A stretch of DNA of 62,966 nucleotides, counting the filler, from Salisapilia sapeloensis CBS 127946 (taxonomy: Eukaryota; Protista; Oomycota), in assembly GCA_023334545.1 (NCBI GenBank). It is 9 parts of 9 records of this genome, joined end to end, with 100 filler letters (N's around TTAATTAATTAA, not from the genome) between each part and the next. Parts side by side here need not be neighbours in the genome. Positions count along the whole stretch, not along the records: positions 25,798 to 34,134 come from JAADVB010000494.1; positions 34,235 to 48,954 come from JAADVB010000382.1; 7 more parts are not named here. The stretch is one strand, 5' to 3'. Each line of letters begins with the position of its first letter. The stretch's first letter is position 1. Of the stretch, positions 29,665 through 41,440 are shown one piece after another. The position numbers and the translations under genes are program-made. Below the pieces are notes generated by a model. It was not told the DNA's origin. It was given only the letters and a program-made list of their open reading frames with translations, and did not search any database.

Positions 29665-32200
29665 TTGATAAATGGCGTATATTACTCGCAACCTAGCCAT
29701 GCCTCGACTTCTGGATCACATGAAGGGCCGATCCTTTTCTGGATTTGCTGTTTGCGAAGCTCAACGGAAATAAAGTCACTAATGCATGAAATTACCATTG
29801 AGCGACTGTTGAATCAAATTGACGGTGATGTATCTGTGTCAATGGAGCATTTCTTGTACATCACACCTCCACAAGCGTTTGTGCTATCCTCGTCTGGGAC
29901 AAAATCGACTTCCTCTCTAAGATCTAGCGATACTTGACACACTACAGCATCATCTCGATGAAATAATGCTAATGTCCTCGAATCTGCCCTAGTGGCATTA
30001 AAAGGCAAGCATGTCGCTGCCGAATATCCGGTGAGCGTATTAACTTGACAATATGTATGTTTTAAATTGCATTCCCCAAGAAACCCATTGCAGCAAAGGG
30101 GAGTCGGATATACAATCGTGAGTTGATTTAAATCGATTCCCGCCGCAAAGTTGGGAATGGAACGTAGTTTTGGCGTGTGCACGATCAGAAGCGTCTTCAA
30201 TTTGTGTAAAGTATCGAAAGATGGCAGAGTTGTAAGCGAGTCAAACTAAGCAACTGTAAGTGTCCGAAGATTGACAAGTCCATCAAAAGCGGGTAACTTT
30301 TCGAGACGAGGATGTACACCGAGATGAAGAAAGACGAGGCGATGCTTGTTGCTGAAAAAGTTTTCAGGAGTTCGAACCAAATTTGTGCCTTCGACTTTGC
30401 CCTCGATATGCCTGTACTTGAAAGTTTAGCAAAGTAGATTGACAATTTGTAATAAATTCTACGTACAATATTTCAAGGTTGGCAAGCGCATTGGCCCAGT
30501 CAGGTATCTCCATTAGTCCAGTGTACATCAGGTATCTACATGCCATCAAAAATATGTTCGTGAAAGGATGCACAAATAGCTATCTATCTTTACGTACATT
30601 TGCTGCAGATTTGTACAGGCAGCCATCCCTTTTGGCAATTTTTTCACACTTCGATTGACAATTTTAATAATCTGTAAATCTCCCGACTCTGTTAGCGCTT
30701 TTAATGTCTCTGTAGTGTCATTGGGTCGCAGCCATTCTTCATAACTTTTGGGTGCTATTTCAACATCGACGAATCCAAGCAAGGACAGTCCTCAGTCACT
30801 TGCCAGCGATAGGCAAACATGATGCACTCCGGGTACTGCAAGCAGCTTTAGATAATCGTACTGCCTCCATAGGAATAACAACTGCAAGAGCAGCACATGC
30901 TAGGAATAAAACTGCGACTATCCGAGGCACCTCTATCTGTTTACGATTTGTGCTTGCGAGGGCCATCGGTTGGAAACTAGTCTTCGTACTGCTCGCTTCA
31001 TATATCAAAGCCTCCGTAATATTAATGAGATGATAGGATGAAGAAAGGTGCAGAGCTATTTGCACTACAAAGTCTGAAAATCCACGAATGCAAAGGGCAT
31101 TAAAACTGACCAGAAATTGCGTAGTTTGTATGGGGTCCGCTGCTAGCCGAGTTAAACGGCCGTAATAGCCTCGTGGAATAATCTCATTGTTTAAAGTAAG
31201 CATATCAAGATCCAGTACTAATCGAGAGTAGCAAAAGAAGAGGGCAGTCATTGGAAACCCGATGGCAACCATCGAGTCGAAGCTATAATAATTGAACGTG
31301 ATGAGAAGCCAATTTACAATCAAGTCAAAGAGATACGTACACGAGTCCGACTACAGCTTCAGCGAAAGACGATATGCGTCGCCCACACAATATCAGACCA
31401 GCATATGAGATAGAATTACAAAATATTAACGCTCCACAAGCGTACATAAGTTCTAGCTAGCCTGATTCCGTGAGCCGATAGAGCGCTGTGGCCTATAATG
31501 TAATGTCAAACACTTCCTGGCTAATGTTCTAACGAAACACTTTAATCTTCTGCGGCATCGAAACATATACGATGAACATTTAAAACACCAGTGCATACCC
31601 ACTAACGGCGATAATGTCCCTCGTGATCTAAAACATTGTTGACAGGGCGGAGTAGGAATGATGCTTTTCGAAAGAAAGCCTTCTTCCGAACAATTCGATG
31701 CTGCTGCTTAAAGCTCGAGTTGGTTGCACTCCGGAAGATCAGCAACACAAAAACTTTGGCATACAGCAATGTAACCACGACTAGACTGATAACCATCATT
31801 ATAGTATGTCCTAACTCTGGCTTTTCAATTAACCAAAATTCTCCATCGTCATAATTCACTGTACCCGTTAATAAGTTAGCGGTCTCATTCGGATACAGGT
31901 TCAAGGCGATGAGCCACATCACCCAAACGATGGAAATAATGGTAAGAGTTAATAGTGGTGGCCATAGAGTCCGAAGACACCAATGAAAGTAAAGTTTGTT
32001 TGTCGGATGACGATAGTTTGACTCGTTGCATGTTGAGTCATATTCGAATTTGGTCCACGAATTGCCGGTAAAGGTGCAACTGCAGATCGCTTTATGGTGA
32101 AAGAATCATCTTTCGAGTTATCTGTGTCTGCTGGAACATCGGAAGCAGTATGCCCATTTAAAGTCTTTATTCGTTTTGCATCTTCTTCCATCGCCATATT
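29665..32200 (-). pseudogene. Oomycete multi-TM + C-terminal LRR protein pseudogene
   Basis: Family motifs WLIALNLYPNETANLLTGTVNYDDGEFWLI, PECIMFAYRW...CPCLGFVD and LPDWANALANLEILYVE are spread across frames. Frameshifts occur near 31960 and 30835, with in-frame TAGs at 31531-29, 31495-93 and 31459-57. Limits are approximate. Confidence 0.8.
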
Positions 32201-32528
32201 ACCTTCGTCGTAGGTAGCCATGCTGCAATATGTACTACTCGTGTGCAGCGATCCTAGATATTCTATTTGTGCCACGCAAAAATGTTAGAAAGGGTCTAGG
32301 TAGGTAAGGACGAATGAATCAACCTTGCTGTACTTTGCTAGGAATTCGCTGAAACCTGGCGAGATGATTAATCTTGAAAACTTCGATCCTTTCTTGAGCG
32401 TTGCTGAAGTCGATTCAATGAGTTCTCATTACCAGACTATATGATCGCTATTCTGGTGCAGGCTATTTATAGGTCATACAGAGTAGCGCTCGAAAATAGT
32501 ACCAATACAATATATTGTATATTGAATA

Positions 32529-32766
32529 GGGCGTGTCCAACTTGTCAAAATCGCAAAATATAATAAGGTGTCTACTTGCCAAATAATCGGACATAACTCC
32601 TAGAAAATCAGAAGTTTTATCTCGAGCGCAAATGGATCAGTCAGTCTCCAAATAAGATGAAGCACCTCCGGAGGCGGTTTGATTTATTCTGAAAATAAGA
32701 TCAGTAGAGTCGAAAGATAAGAATCTTATTTAAGTGAGGCACTTTTTTGCTAGGTTTGACACCCCC
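32529..32766. mobile_element. Candidate MITE (about 238 bp) with imperfect terminal inverted repeats and TA flanks
   Basis: AATAGGGCGTGTCCAACTT (32525-43) matches the reverse complement of 32752-70 (AATAGGGGGTGTCAAACCT) at 16/19. TA lies immediately outside both GGG/CCC ends, and the interior is AT-rich and non-coding. Confidence 0.4.
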
Positions 32767-34234
32767 TATTGCAATTCTTGGTGTTGGTTCTACAATGAAA
32801 TAGTGCTAGTTATCATGCAAGTTGAAGTAGTAAAGATCTATCCAGTGCTATTTTAATGTTCATTATACATTCACTAGTGCTAAAAGCTTCACACTAGAGC
32901 AAGTGACCAAGGAGTTCGCCAAGTTGGGAAACAACATATAAAGCGTGAAATTTAATCTAATCTTAATAGGCAAAGTATTTAGGTGAAGACATATTCAGGC
33001 ATACGATCTTTACCATGTCCAAGGCTGGCATATCTTCACCCGAAAACATTTCCATCATTTGATTTCAGCGCTACGATATTCAAAGAAAGCTTTGAGTTTC
33101 CAGCTGATGAAAATTCCGTCGCCAGTCGGTTTCACCGTTGTCGATTTTCGACGCCAGGCTGAAGAGAATAGAGTAGGAAGGGTAGCTGGTTGATATCTAT
33201 AACTTTATGATACATGTATGTATGTAAGAGTTGTGGTAAGAAGCATTTTTTGCTTAGGCGATATTACGAGGTAGCCCACCCTGACTCATATTCGAATGAA
33301 TAAATTCAGCGGGGACATTTAGCTTTGAGGTTGAAACAAGTACCATGACACTAATAACGTGATGGTCTATGGTGCTCGAGACGCAAGTAATGATAAGTTA
33401 GCTGAACTACAGAGCTCTCAAAAAGTGTTGGACAGAAGCGAAGCGGACAGAACTTACCTTTGAATTTGAAGAGCAATGGATTCATGACCTGCGGTGACTG
33501 CCATTATGCTTCGCACGAATATTTCAGATTTGAAATACGCGTCCTTTTCGTGGCGACGTAGGCTCTTCAGAGAAGATTTAAAGTCGAAAAACAGGTATTC
33601 ACCGCACTACAGTAAAATGATGTCCTGTGTCTGGTCATGGACTACAGAGCGTGTGTCTTCGATTCGGCAGTAACTCATTTTCGTAATAAAGCCAATTTCA
33701 TGTATTTCCTCCGTCCCTATCAATTTTATCTCTCGTCGACGCGCGGCCTGATTTCACTAATGAATCCTCCCATCCCATCGGCAGAGTCTCAGAAACAGCG
33801 TATACCTTCATTTTGGTGGATCATTCACTCGCCTCCCCGTTACATACCGACATTACTTGCTCGATCTCCTGTGCTCGTACACTGGCACCCTCCAGCTTGC
33901 GACGAGACAAGACACGCTCTGTTTCCAGTCTCAGACGCGTCGTCTCCACCTCAAACTGCAGCTTCTTGCACTCCAAACGGTGCCTCGTTTCCCCCATTCG
34001 CAAACGCTTCCGCTCTTGACTCTCGCCTTCCTCACTGCTTTGAGATTCGCCATGTGTAGAAGAAAGTGGGGCAAGCTCGGCACGCCACGACACTGAACGA
34101 CCATCTGCACGACCACTTAAGAGGTAAGGTACTCNNNNNNNNNNNNNNNNNNNNNNNNNNNNNNNNNNNNNNNNNNNNTTAATTAATTAANNNNNNNNNN
34201 NNNNNNNNNNNNNNNNNNNNNNNNNNNNNNNNNN

Positions 34235-34393
34235 GAAACCGAAAACAAAGTCCAAAAGTGCATCTACGACGGGTTTGCGAATGGCGTGGCAGTCATCGCA
34301 GCCATCAGCAGCAAGCATGACCCCACCGAGGCTGCCAAGATACTCAGACAACAAGTTCTGGAAGCAAAGAATGCAGTAAACTCGAAAGAATAG
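34235..34393 (+). CDS. thiE: C-terminal fragment of a thiamine-phosphate synthase (ThiE/TenI-like), copy 1
   Basis: Translation ETENKVQKCIYDGFANGVAVIAAISSKHDPTEAAKILRQQVLEAKNAVNSKE*. The GxxGVAVIxAI...DPxxAA motif is the last strand/helix of the ThiE barrel. Confidence 0.7.
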   Translation, partial: ETENKVQKCIYDGFANGVAVIAAISSKHDPTEAAKILRQQVLEAKNAVNSKE

Positions 34394-35550
34394 TCTGATT
34401 GTGCTGACGAACGCAAAGCTATTACCGGAATATGCACTTGAGTATCACAGCAAGCGCTTTCATACTTGCGAAAATGTAGGAAACTGAAGTGACCGCCATC
34501 AGGATCACGTTTGGATGCTTGACATACTCAACATCGCGTACGAATGGATGCCAGCTCCGTTAAGCATGGGGTTTGCAATGATGTGGCGGGCTCATTTCGA
34601 GTACTCAAGTTGATTGGCCACAACGCAACGGAAGACCGTAGAAGTACATATTACACTTGCCTGTTGATATCAAGTCCAATTATAGCAAGATGCATACCGC
34701 GCGATGGAGTGTTAATGAGGAGTTTGTGAAATGATTGGAATAATAGGGAGATAGATGTCATCCACCATGAGATGAAGCAATGTTCGTGTCTGATGCGTAC
34801 ATGCGAATGTATTCGCGTACCAAAGTTCGCCTTCCTTTTCTGCTTGGTTCAGGACCGTTGCATGGCACTCGCTTTAGCAAAATGAAACCCAAAGAGTGCA
34901 AAGTATATTCCACTGTTTCGGTATCTGTAAATTGCAATAGTCTATCTCTGAAAACTCTTCGCTCTGGAGTTTGTCGTCAATCAATTCAGACGACTGCATG
35001 AAGAGCAGTACATCCGGAATTGTACACCCAACATATTGTTTGGTGGAAACTTGGTCTTTTAATTTGCATTCATCGATGCTAGATTTCCATATTCTAAATG
35101 TCACTTGTTTCTCCTGAATGAGACCACGAATTTAGCACCATTGACACTGATCGTCAGGACAATTTCGATTTACGAGTGACACGATTCTCTCGTAGCGACT
35201 ACTTCTAAGCGCTACCGAGAGCATTCATACCAAGTTTTACTTTCGCAATATATTCAAATCTAGCGTAATATTTCATCATGTTCGGCTAAATTAAGGACAA
35301 TGCCCACTGCACTTCCATCCGCATGCCTTTGCGTAACTTATCTTTATTCCCTAACGCTAGAACTTCCCATAAAGAGCTCCGGTCGAGCTGATTATGTACG
35401 AGTCACGAAGACGACATCCCTTCCACAACTCCAATAGCACTCCGTATCTGCTGTTTGTATGTTTTGTTTGAAACGACCGAACGAGTCGTTTTGCATCCCG
35501 CCAAAACCATATCAAAACCAACACAATATCGTCATCCTTTCTAGTTCATT

Positions 35551-38500
35551 ATGACTCGGAGACGAAAGCCTGACGGTCAGTACAGTCCAAAAGAACACTC
35601 GTCGTCTCCAGCCTCAGTCTCAGACGTCTCGAACGACCCGTACGCTGCTTCAGAGGAACCAGAGGAGCAAACACCTTCTCTACCCTGGCGTCCGTCCGAC
35701 GCCACGCACAGTGACGGCAGTGACCCATTCAACCTGCCAATCATCCAAGGCACGTTCTCAGAGGCCAGGAATAGCCTCGACGCTACAGAGTCACCTGAAA
35801 GACAGTCCTTCTCCAGCGTAGAGTTCGTCGACGCAGGTATGACATGCCTCCGTGCCCTACGCATGCTCCTACAGCCATCACCAGTCCTACTACGATGCAC
35901 ATAAATCTAACAAAGCATGCTGTATTCTCATTAGGCACGTACCTCCGTAGACTGGACTCGAGTGCAACTGCCGGACTGAACCAAGTGGACGATTCAGCGT
36001 GGTTGGAAGGCGAAGAGAGTCCATCGGAGACGGAGAGTAGACACAGTGACATATTCGGCACACCTTTTGCCGACTTTGACTTTGCCACCACCAATTCTAC
36101 TTCTCAAGTACGTTGGTAGTCATCATGGAATATGGCTTGGTGGATAACTTTTCCTATTATGACAGGTCGAGATGGAAGAAAGACACGGTATGGAGGAAGA
36201 GACGCTCGAGAGAGATGGACCACAGGAACGTCGTGATAGCTCCCAGCTAGAACAATCCTTTGCAAGTTCGAGACAGGTATTTTTATCGTCATGTCTCTTT
36301 TAAAGCTCTGCTGACACCAAGCGTCCATATAGGCTAGTATGTCGTCATCTAGATCGAGTGACACCATCCAATACGACTTTGATCGAGGTGTTGTGGCTGC
36401 CTCATCATCTGCCTATATCCGTCGTAGCAACGCAAACAGCAATAATCGTCCGCCACCGGTCTTTACAGACACATCGGGAGCACGCACGTCGTTCGTGGAC
36501 ACCACGCAGCACTCTATGAATTCGTCCGACGACCAATGGGAGGCTAATCAAGAGCAACTCCTTCATGAAATGCTCATCGCCGACGAAGCAGATCGAGAGA
36601 TGCTCACAGACTTGCGCATGCACTTGGACGCTTTAGTCAGTCGCAAGCATTCCAACGACAACAATGATACTCATGACGAAGACGTCGGTTCAGCTGGTGC
36701 TTCTATCCTGAACAACTTCGATCGTCAAGTCGCAGCGACTGGCGGCATGTCCAAGACGACGGAGAGCTTTGGAGACGAGTCGCTTTTACCGGAAGAGAAT
36801 CTCGTACCCACTGCACAGTCGAATGAAACTGGAAATAACGCGTATGCAGATGCTCAGGAGCTAGATGCAATTAATGAGATGGAGCAGTCAGGTATTAGCA
36901 CCCAGCTCGCTCTGAATGACGGAGACGACGCAGAGAGTTTAGAGGAGGCGAATAGTGCCTGGCTACATGCTTCGTATGGGTCTAGCGTCCAGATTGACGA
37001 CGCGAGGGAGCGCCGATATGAAGCTTACGAGGAGAAGAGCGTATGGCCAGCGGAACAGACACCAAGGCGACCAAGTCGGACGTCATATGCGTCTCCAGAG
37101 TCTTTCCACAGTGCTCGGCGTTTCCACTGCAGTTCAATTGATGTTTTGAATAAGTTTGAAGAAGACATGAGCGAAGGTATAGGGCGTGAGACCAAGTTGA
37201 GTGTGGAAGAGTTAAGTAGTGACCATGTGAGCACACCGAGTAAATCTCGAGTCCGGTCAGAGCAGGATGTAAGAGACGACCGTGTCGTTGGAAACCACTT
37301 TCGCCATCGTGGACGAACAGCGTCGTCACCTACTGGTTGCGGGGAGCGTAAACGGGAGAAACATCGGTTGAACTACTTTGAAGCAGACGAACGTTCAGAA
37401 AGGTCAGACGATAAGCCAAGAGAAGAAAACGATGCAAAGGAAGAAGCCGAGGATAATGAACAAGTGGAGAAGAGTACATCGGAGAATGCGGATGAGCGAT
37501 CACAGGGGCGTGCATATGCAGATATAGCGACGTCTCCTGTGGAAGCAGAACATGTGGAAGCAGGAACTTCACCTGTAAAGGGAGGAGAGTGTGTGGAGAG
37601 CTCTACGTCTCCAATTGATTTCGGAAAGCAAGCACGAGTGGAGTATGCAGAGGCATCCACTTCTCCTGTGGGCAAGGATGACGATAAGGATACCCTTGCT
37701 GCACGTAAGAGTGACGATGAGTCTTCTGTATCACAGGGTAGGATGGATACTCTAGACCAAAGTAGTGAGTCATCTGCAGCTCTACGTACCCTTCATAATC
37801 ATGTTGCTCGTCGAAAGTCAAAAGGAGGAAGAGATACGAGGAACAAGACAAACTTAGTGGATGCAGGAAATTCTCCAGATAAGGGCAGAGCTTCTCAGTC
37901 GGCGCGAAAGGAGCAGGTGGAAACAGCAACTTCTCCTGTTCGTATAAAACCCGACGAACGTGTGGTGGAACGAGTGCATTCGTCGACGTCTCCTGACAAA
38001 GGTTTGATGGAAAGACACCAAACAGAGACAGGGACTTCCCCCATAAAAATGGCGTCTGAAGAATTTTACAAGCATCAAGCAGACTCGAATGGAATGCCAG
38101 AAGACTCTCCAAGGCGTAATAAACAGCAAGAGTCTCCCAGACGTACCAAGCAGCAAGAGTCTCCGATGCGTTCTGAGCATACGGAGTCTTCTAGGCATAC
38201 GAAGCAGGAAGAATCTCCGAGGCGTACGGAGCATGGTGAGTCTTCTCATTCTCTTATCGGTATCCGAAGTAGGGTCCATCGTCAGCATCAGTTGGAAGAG
38301 AGGGGTACAGGTACGGACGACACTGACGTTGTGGATGTATCCACATCTCCCATGGAAGACAAAGGCAACTATCTTCGACCACAGGAAGCAAGAGCAGAGG
38401 CTACTCAGACTAGTGACGTCGAGACTCCTACAGTGTCTGTAAAAGACGCTACAACCAGCACACCACGCCATCGACAGTCTCAAACATCCTTCTCTTCTGA

Positions 38501-40007
38501 TGACCACGTCCCTACGTCAAGGGAAGTCCAGACAGACTACCAATCACAGACAGACGGTGCGTCATCTCCTGGTCCAAGAAGTGCAGTCCAATCGACACCT
38601 GCGTCAAGCTATACGACGACCTTTGTCACTTTGTCTACGAAGTCTACTGGGAAAGCAGCGAAGACGCAACCACTTTTGTCCACCATCTCCTCTTCACCTC
38701 AAGAAGTCCGCATCAACTCCACTCTCCAGCCAGCCTCACCATCACCAACCAAGACATCCGATTCGAATCAGATGGAGGTCGATGCATCCACTCCTGTCTA
38801 TCGAAAGAGAGGTCGGAAAAACGTGAAGCGCATGACGACTGCCGATCTACTTGCTCACACACCTCAACGACCGTCGACGAGTCAAGAAGCGCAGAAGGAC
38901 GATGTGATGACCATGCCATCCAACATGGCTCGTAGGTGCCGGCGATTCGTATGCGCAGAAGGCGACACGATGACTCAGCAGATTGTTTTCTCAAATGCAG
39001 GCAGCTACACTCGTAGAGTATGTGCGGCGCTGCTGCCTCTTAGTGGAGGTTGCCACCAGTTCTCTTTGCATCCAGCAGTGCTAGATCTAGAAGCCCATAG
39101 CTCTGCCTCCTTCCACGTTACTTTCCATGCTAGTCGCTTAGGTGCAGTTGCAGGTGTATTCCAGTTTCGTGTCGTCGGAATGGACTCTCTGTCTAGTCCA
39201 AACGAACTCTTGTTCGAAGCGAGTGTGCGTGGTCGGAAGAAGATAGAACGACCGATGGAAGTGGATGAAGTCGGACAAACGAACCAAGAAGCCGTCGAAG
39301 TCTCACACACGTACCTACACTTTGGACAGGATCAGTTGTATACGAAAGACGATGCGAGGCACATTCGACGTGGAAATATTCGAGTGAGGAATAACTTGGA
39401 GAAGGAGGTGGACATCCAAGTGTCCAATGCGCATGAACACTTGTCGGTGAGACCTACCAAGTCTAGTGTCGCGCCTGGAGAGGAAGTGAAAGTGAGGGTT
39501 TTACCCATCTCTAAACCTTTTCCGGCGAAGCGTCAGCAAAAGTGGAGCGGAACGTTTACGTTGAAAGTAGGGGAGGAGGAAAAGAGGATCAGTGTCGAGA
39601 TGGATGAACGTGTCTTTCAACATCTGCCGACGCTGCAGGAGGTGGCGAGGAAGAGACAAGTGGTAGACCAGCAGAGTAACGCGTTCTACTACACCAAGCG
39701 GCGTAGTCGGAAAGGTCTGTACTTCCATGCGAGGGCGGTGGAGTTTGGTGCGTGCCAGGTTGGAGACAGCTCCACGGTCCCTGTGTACGTTTGCAATGGG
39801 TCGAGTAAACCCATGACTGTCTTTCTGAGGGAACTACAAGATCCCTTTCGATGTAACTATCGGACGACGACGATTTTGCCGCAGAAGTTTATTCGAGTGC
39901 CCGTGGTGTGCACACCGAAGGAGGAAGGCAAGGTGTCCATGCAAATGTCAGTATACTCGACGAACGACCAAGCTAGTATCACACTCGTTGCGAACGGAGT
40001 AGCATAG
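35551..40007 (+). CDS. CEP192: CEP192/SPD-2-like centrosomal protein with C-terminal ASH/Ig-like domains; 4 exons (35551-35836, 35935-36107, 36166-36276, 36333-40007)
   Basis: A long disordered S/E-rich region precedes three Ig-like domains. The last (GLYFHARAVEFGACQVGDSSTVPVYVCN...PFRCNYRTTTILPQKFIRVPVVCTPKEEG...ITLVANGV) resembles the terminal CEP192 domain. All three introns have GT-AG ends and keep the frame. Confidence 0.6.
38104..38250 (+). repeat. 27-bp coding minisatellite (about 5.5 copies of E/D-S-P-R-R-T-K-Q-Q)
   Basis: Translation DSPRRNKQQ ESPRRTKQQ ESPMRSEHT ESSRHTKQE ESPRRTEHG ESS. Confidence 0.85.
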
Positions 40008-41440
40008 TTTTCTTTACTTTTGCTCAAGTCGGAATCGAATTAAGATATCGCGTATCCACATCTTGTTCATGAACTCGTGTCATCATGTTGAAACTGATGC
40101 AAGCAACTCGGAAACAATATGAAAGATACTTGACACGAACTATTGCTCGGATGTTTGAAATCAACGCTAGGGATGCCACATGCATCTATTGGCATTCAAG
40201 ATGTAGCATTTGTAGAACGGAGCGTCCAGTCGGTAGCCCGTACGAGAAGCAACCCAGGCCATTAGTACGGAGCGCTATTTACGTTTAGATTACCGGTAAT
40301 GTAACTCATCTGGGTCATGCGATAGGAAAATTTTCAAAAACGCTTTGAAACAAAAAAGATAAGTCAAATTTCTAGTCACCGAGACATCACATGGTGATCC
40401 GCCAAATCGTCCTTGAATGATTTCCAACCAATATGAAAACTGCTCTGTAGGAGGGTCTGTAAGGACTCCAACGAGTTAATTTGAAGGTAGTCAGCTCTTT
40501 CGCACAAAAATGGGAGCAAGAAACCCGTCAATCGAGGGGGCGTAAATCTTTTCAAAGAAATCAAGTGTATCGTATGCACGTTGAAAGCGATGCCGACGTT
40601 GGTGCTGGGACGATCGTCAAACGCAGGGTTCCTAGAGCCGATGAGACCAACTCCGTACGATCCTATATGGCGTGCTAGTCCATCTGTTCACTTCGTGGAC
40701 ACGACAAGATATATCGCGCAGACGTGAGGGAAAAGAAAGTCAATTTCCGACGTCGTAGCAGCGATCGGCTCTTTCAATCAAATAGTAAACTTCTATTCTA
40801 CAAGGATAGAGTCTATCACGTCAAGCTTTGGCGAGCCTAACGTTTAGTCCGATCCTTGAGCAACACTCATCACCGCTTAGCTCACTTTCATATGACTGTT
40901 GAGAGGCAAGTCCACCCACCAGGAGACGTCGAATCAAGTTAGGTGCAGATCGCGCCAGACTGCTAGTTTGTCATTTCCCGCCAGAACTGAAGATGTAGCT
41001 ATACAAAACACAAGTCATTAGTTTGAAGAAGATACTTCAAGCAGTCTGATAATACTGATACTTTCGCTAGCAGGTTCAGACTAGATGGGCCTTTGATAAA
41101 GCTCCGTAGAAAAGTGCAAAAACTATGCAATTGGAAGGCAGAAGACGAAACTATAGGTACATGAAGTCATTATATGAGTCTCGTGTCATTGCAAGCTATG
41201 CACTGATGTCGTGCACTTGTCGGTACCATAAGCTCTGGTGTTGCCACAACTGATACAGATGAAGATAGTGCTTTGGCCGCTACGTACTTGCGAACATTCC
41301 ATACCATCTCCCTCTGTCCCAAGTAAGATGACATAAAGTCAAACGAAGTGAAACAAAGAAGCCGATCGATACAGCACGCAAGTGACATCCATCTCCTATC
41401 GTCCAGATCGAAATTTGCGCCTTCGTGCTGTCTTAATCCT

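Noticed and set aside
27712-32200. Stop-codon reassignment or RNA editing as an explanation for the in-frame TAG/TGA codons
   Set aside because: TAG and TGA end many intact genes here (permease, copine, CEP192-like, SUZ12), and the same genes carry frameshifts that recoding cannot fix.
33821-34093. Coiled-coil ORF resembling the C-terminus of transposon-associated Myb/trihelix proteins
   Set aside because: The resemblance is compositional only, the ORF is cut by a contig edge, and no transposase is nearby.
34235-35500. TPP riboswitch near the thiE fragments or upstream of metE
   Set aside because: I found no CUGAGA plus ACCUGAU...AGGGA arrangement by eye; an Infernal/Rfam scan would be decisive.
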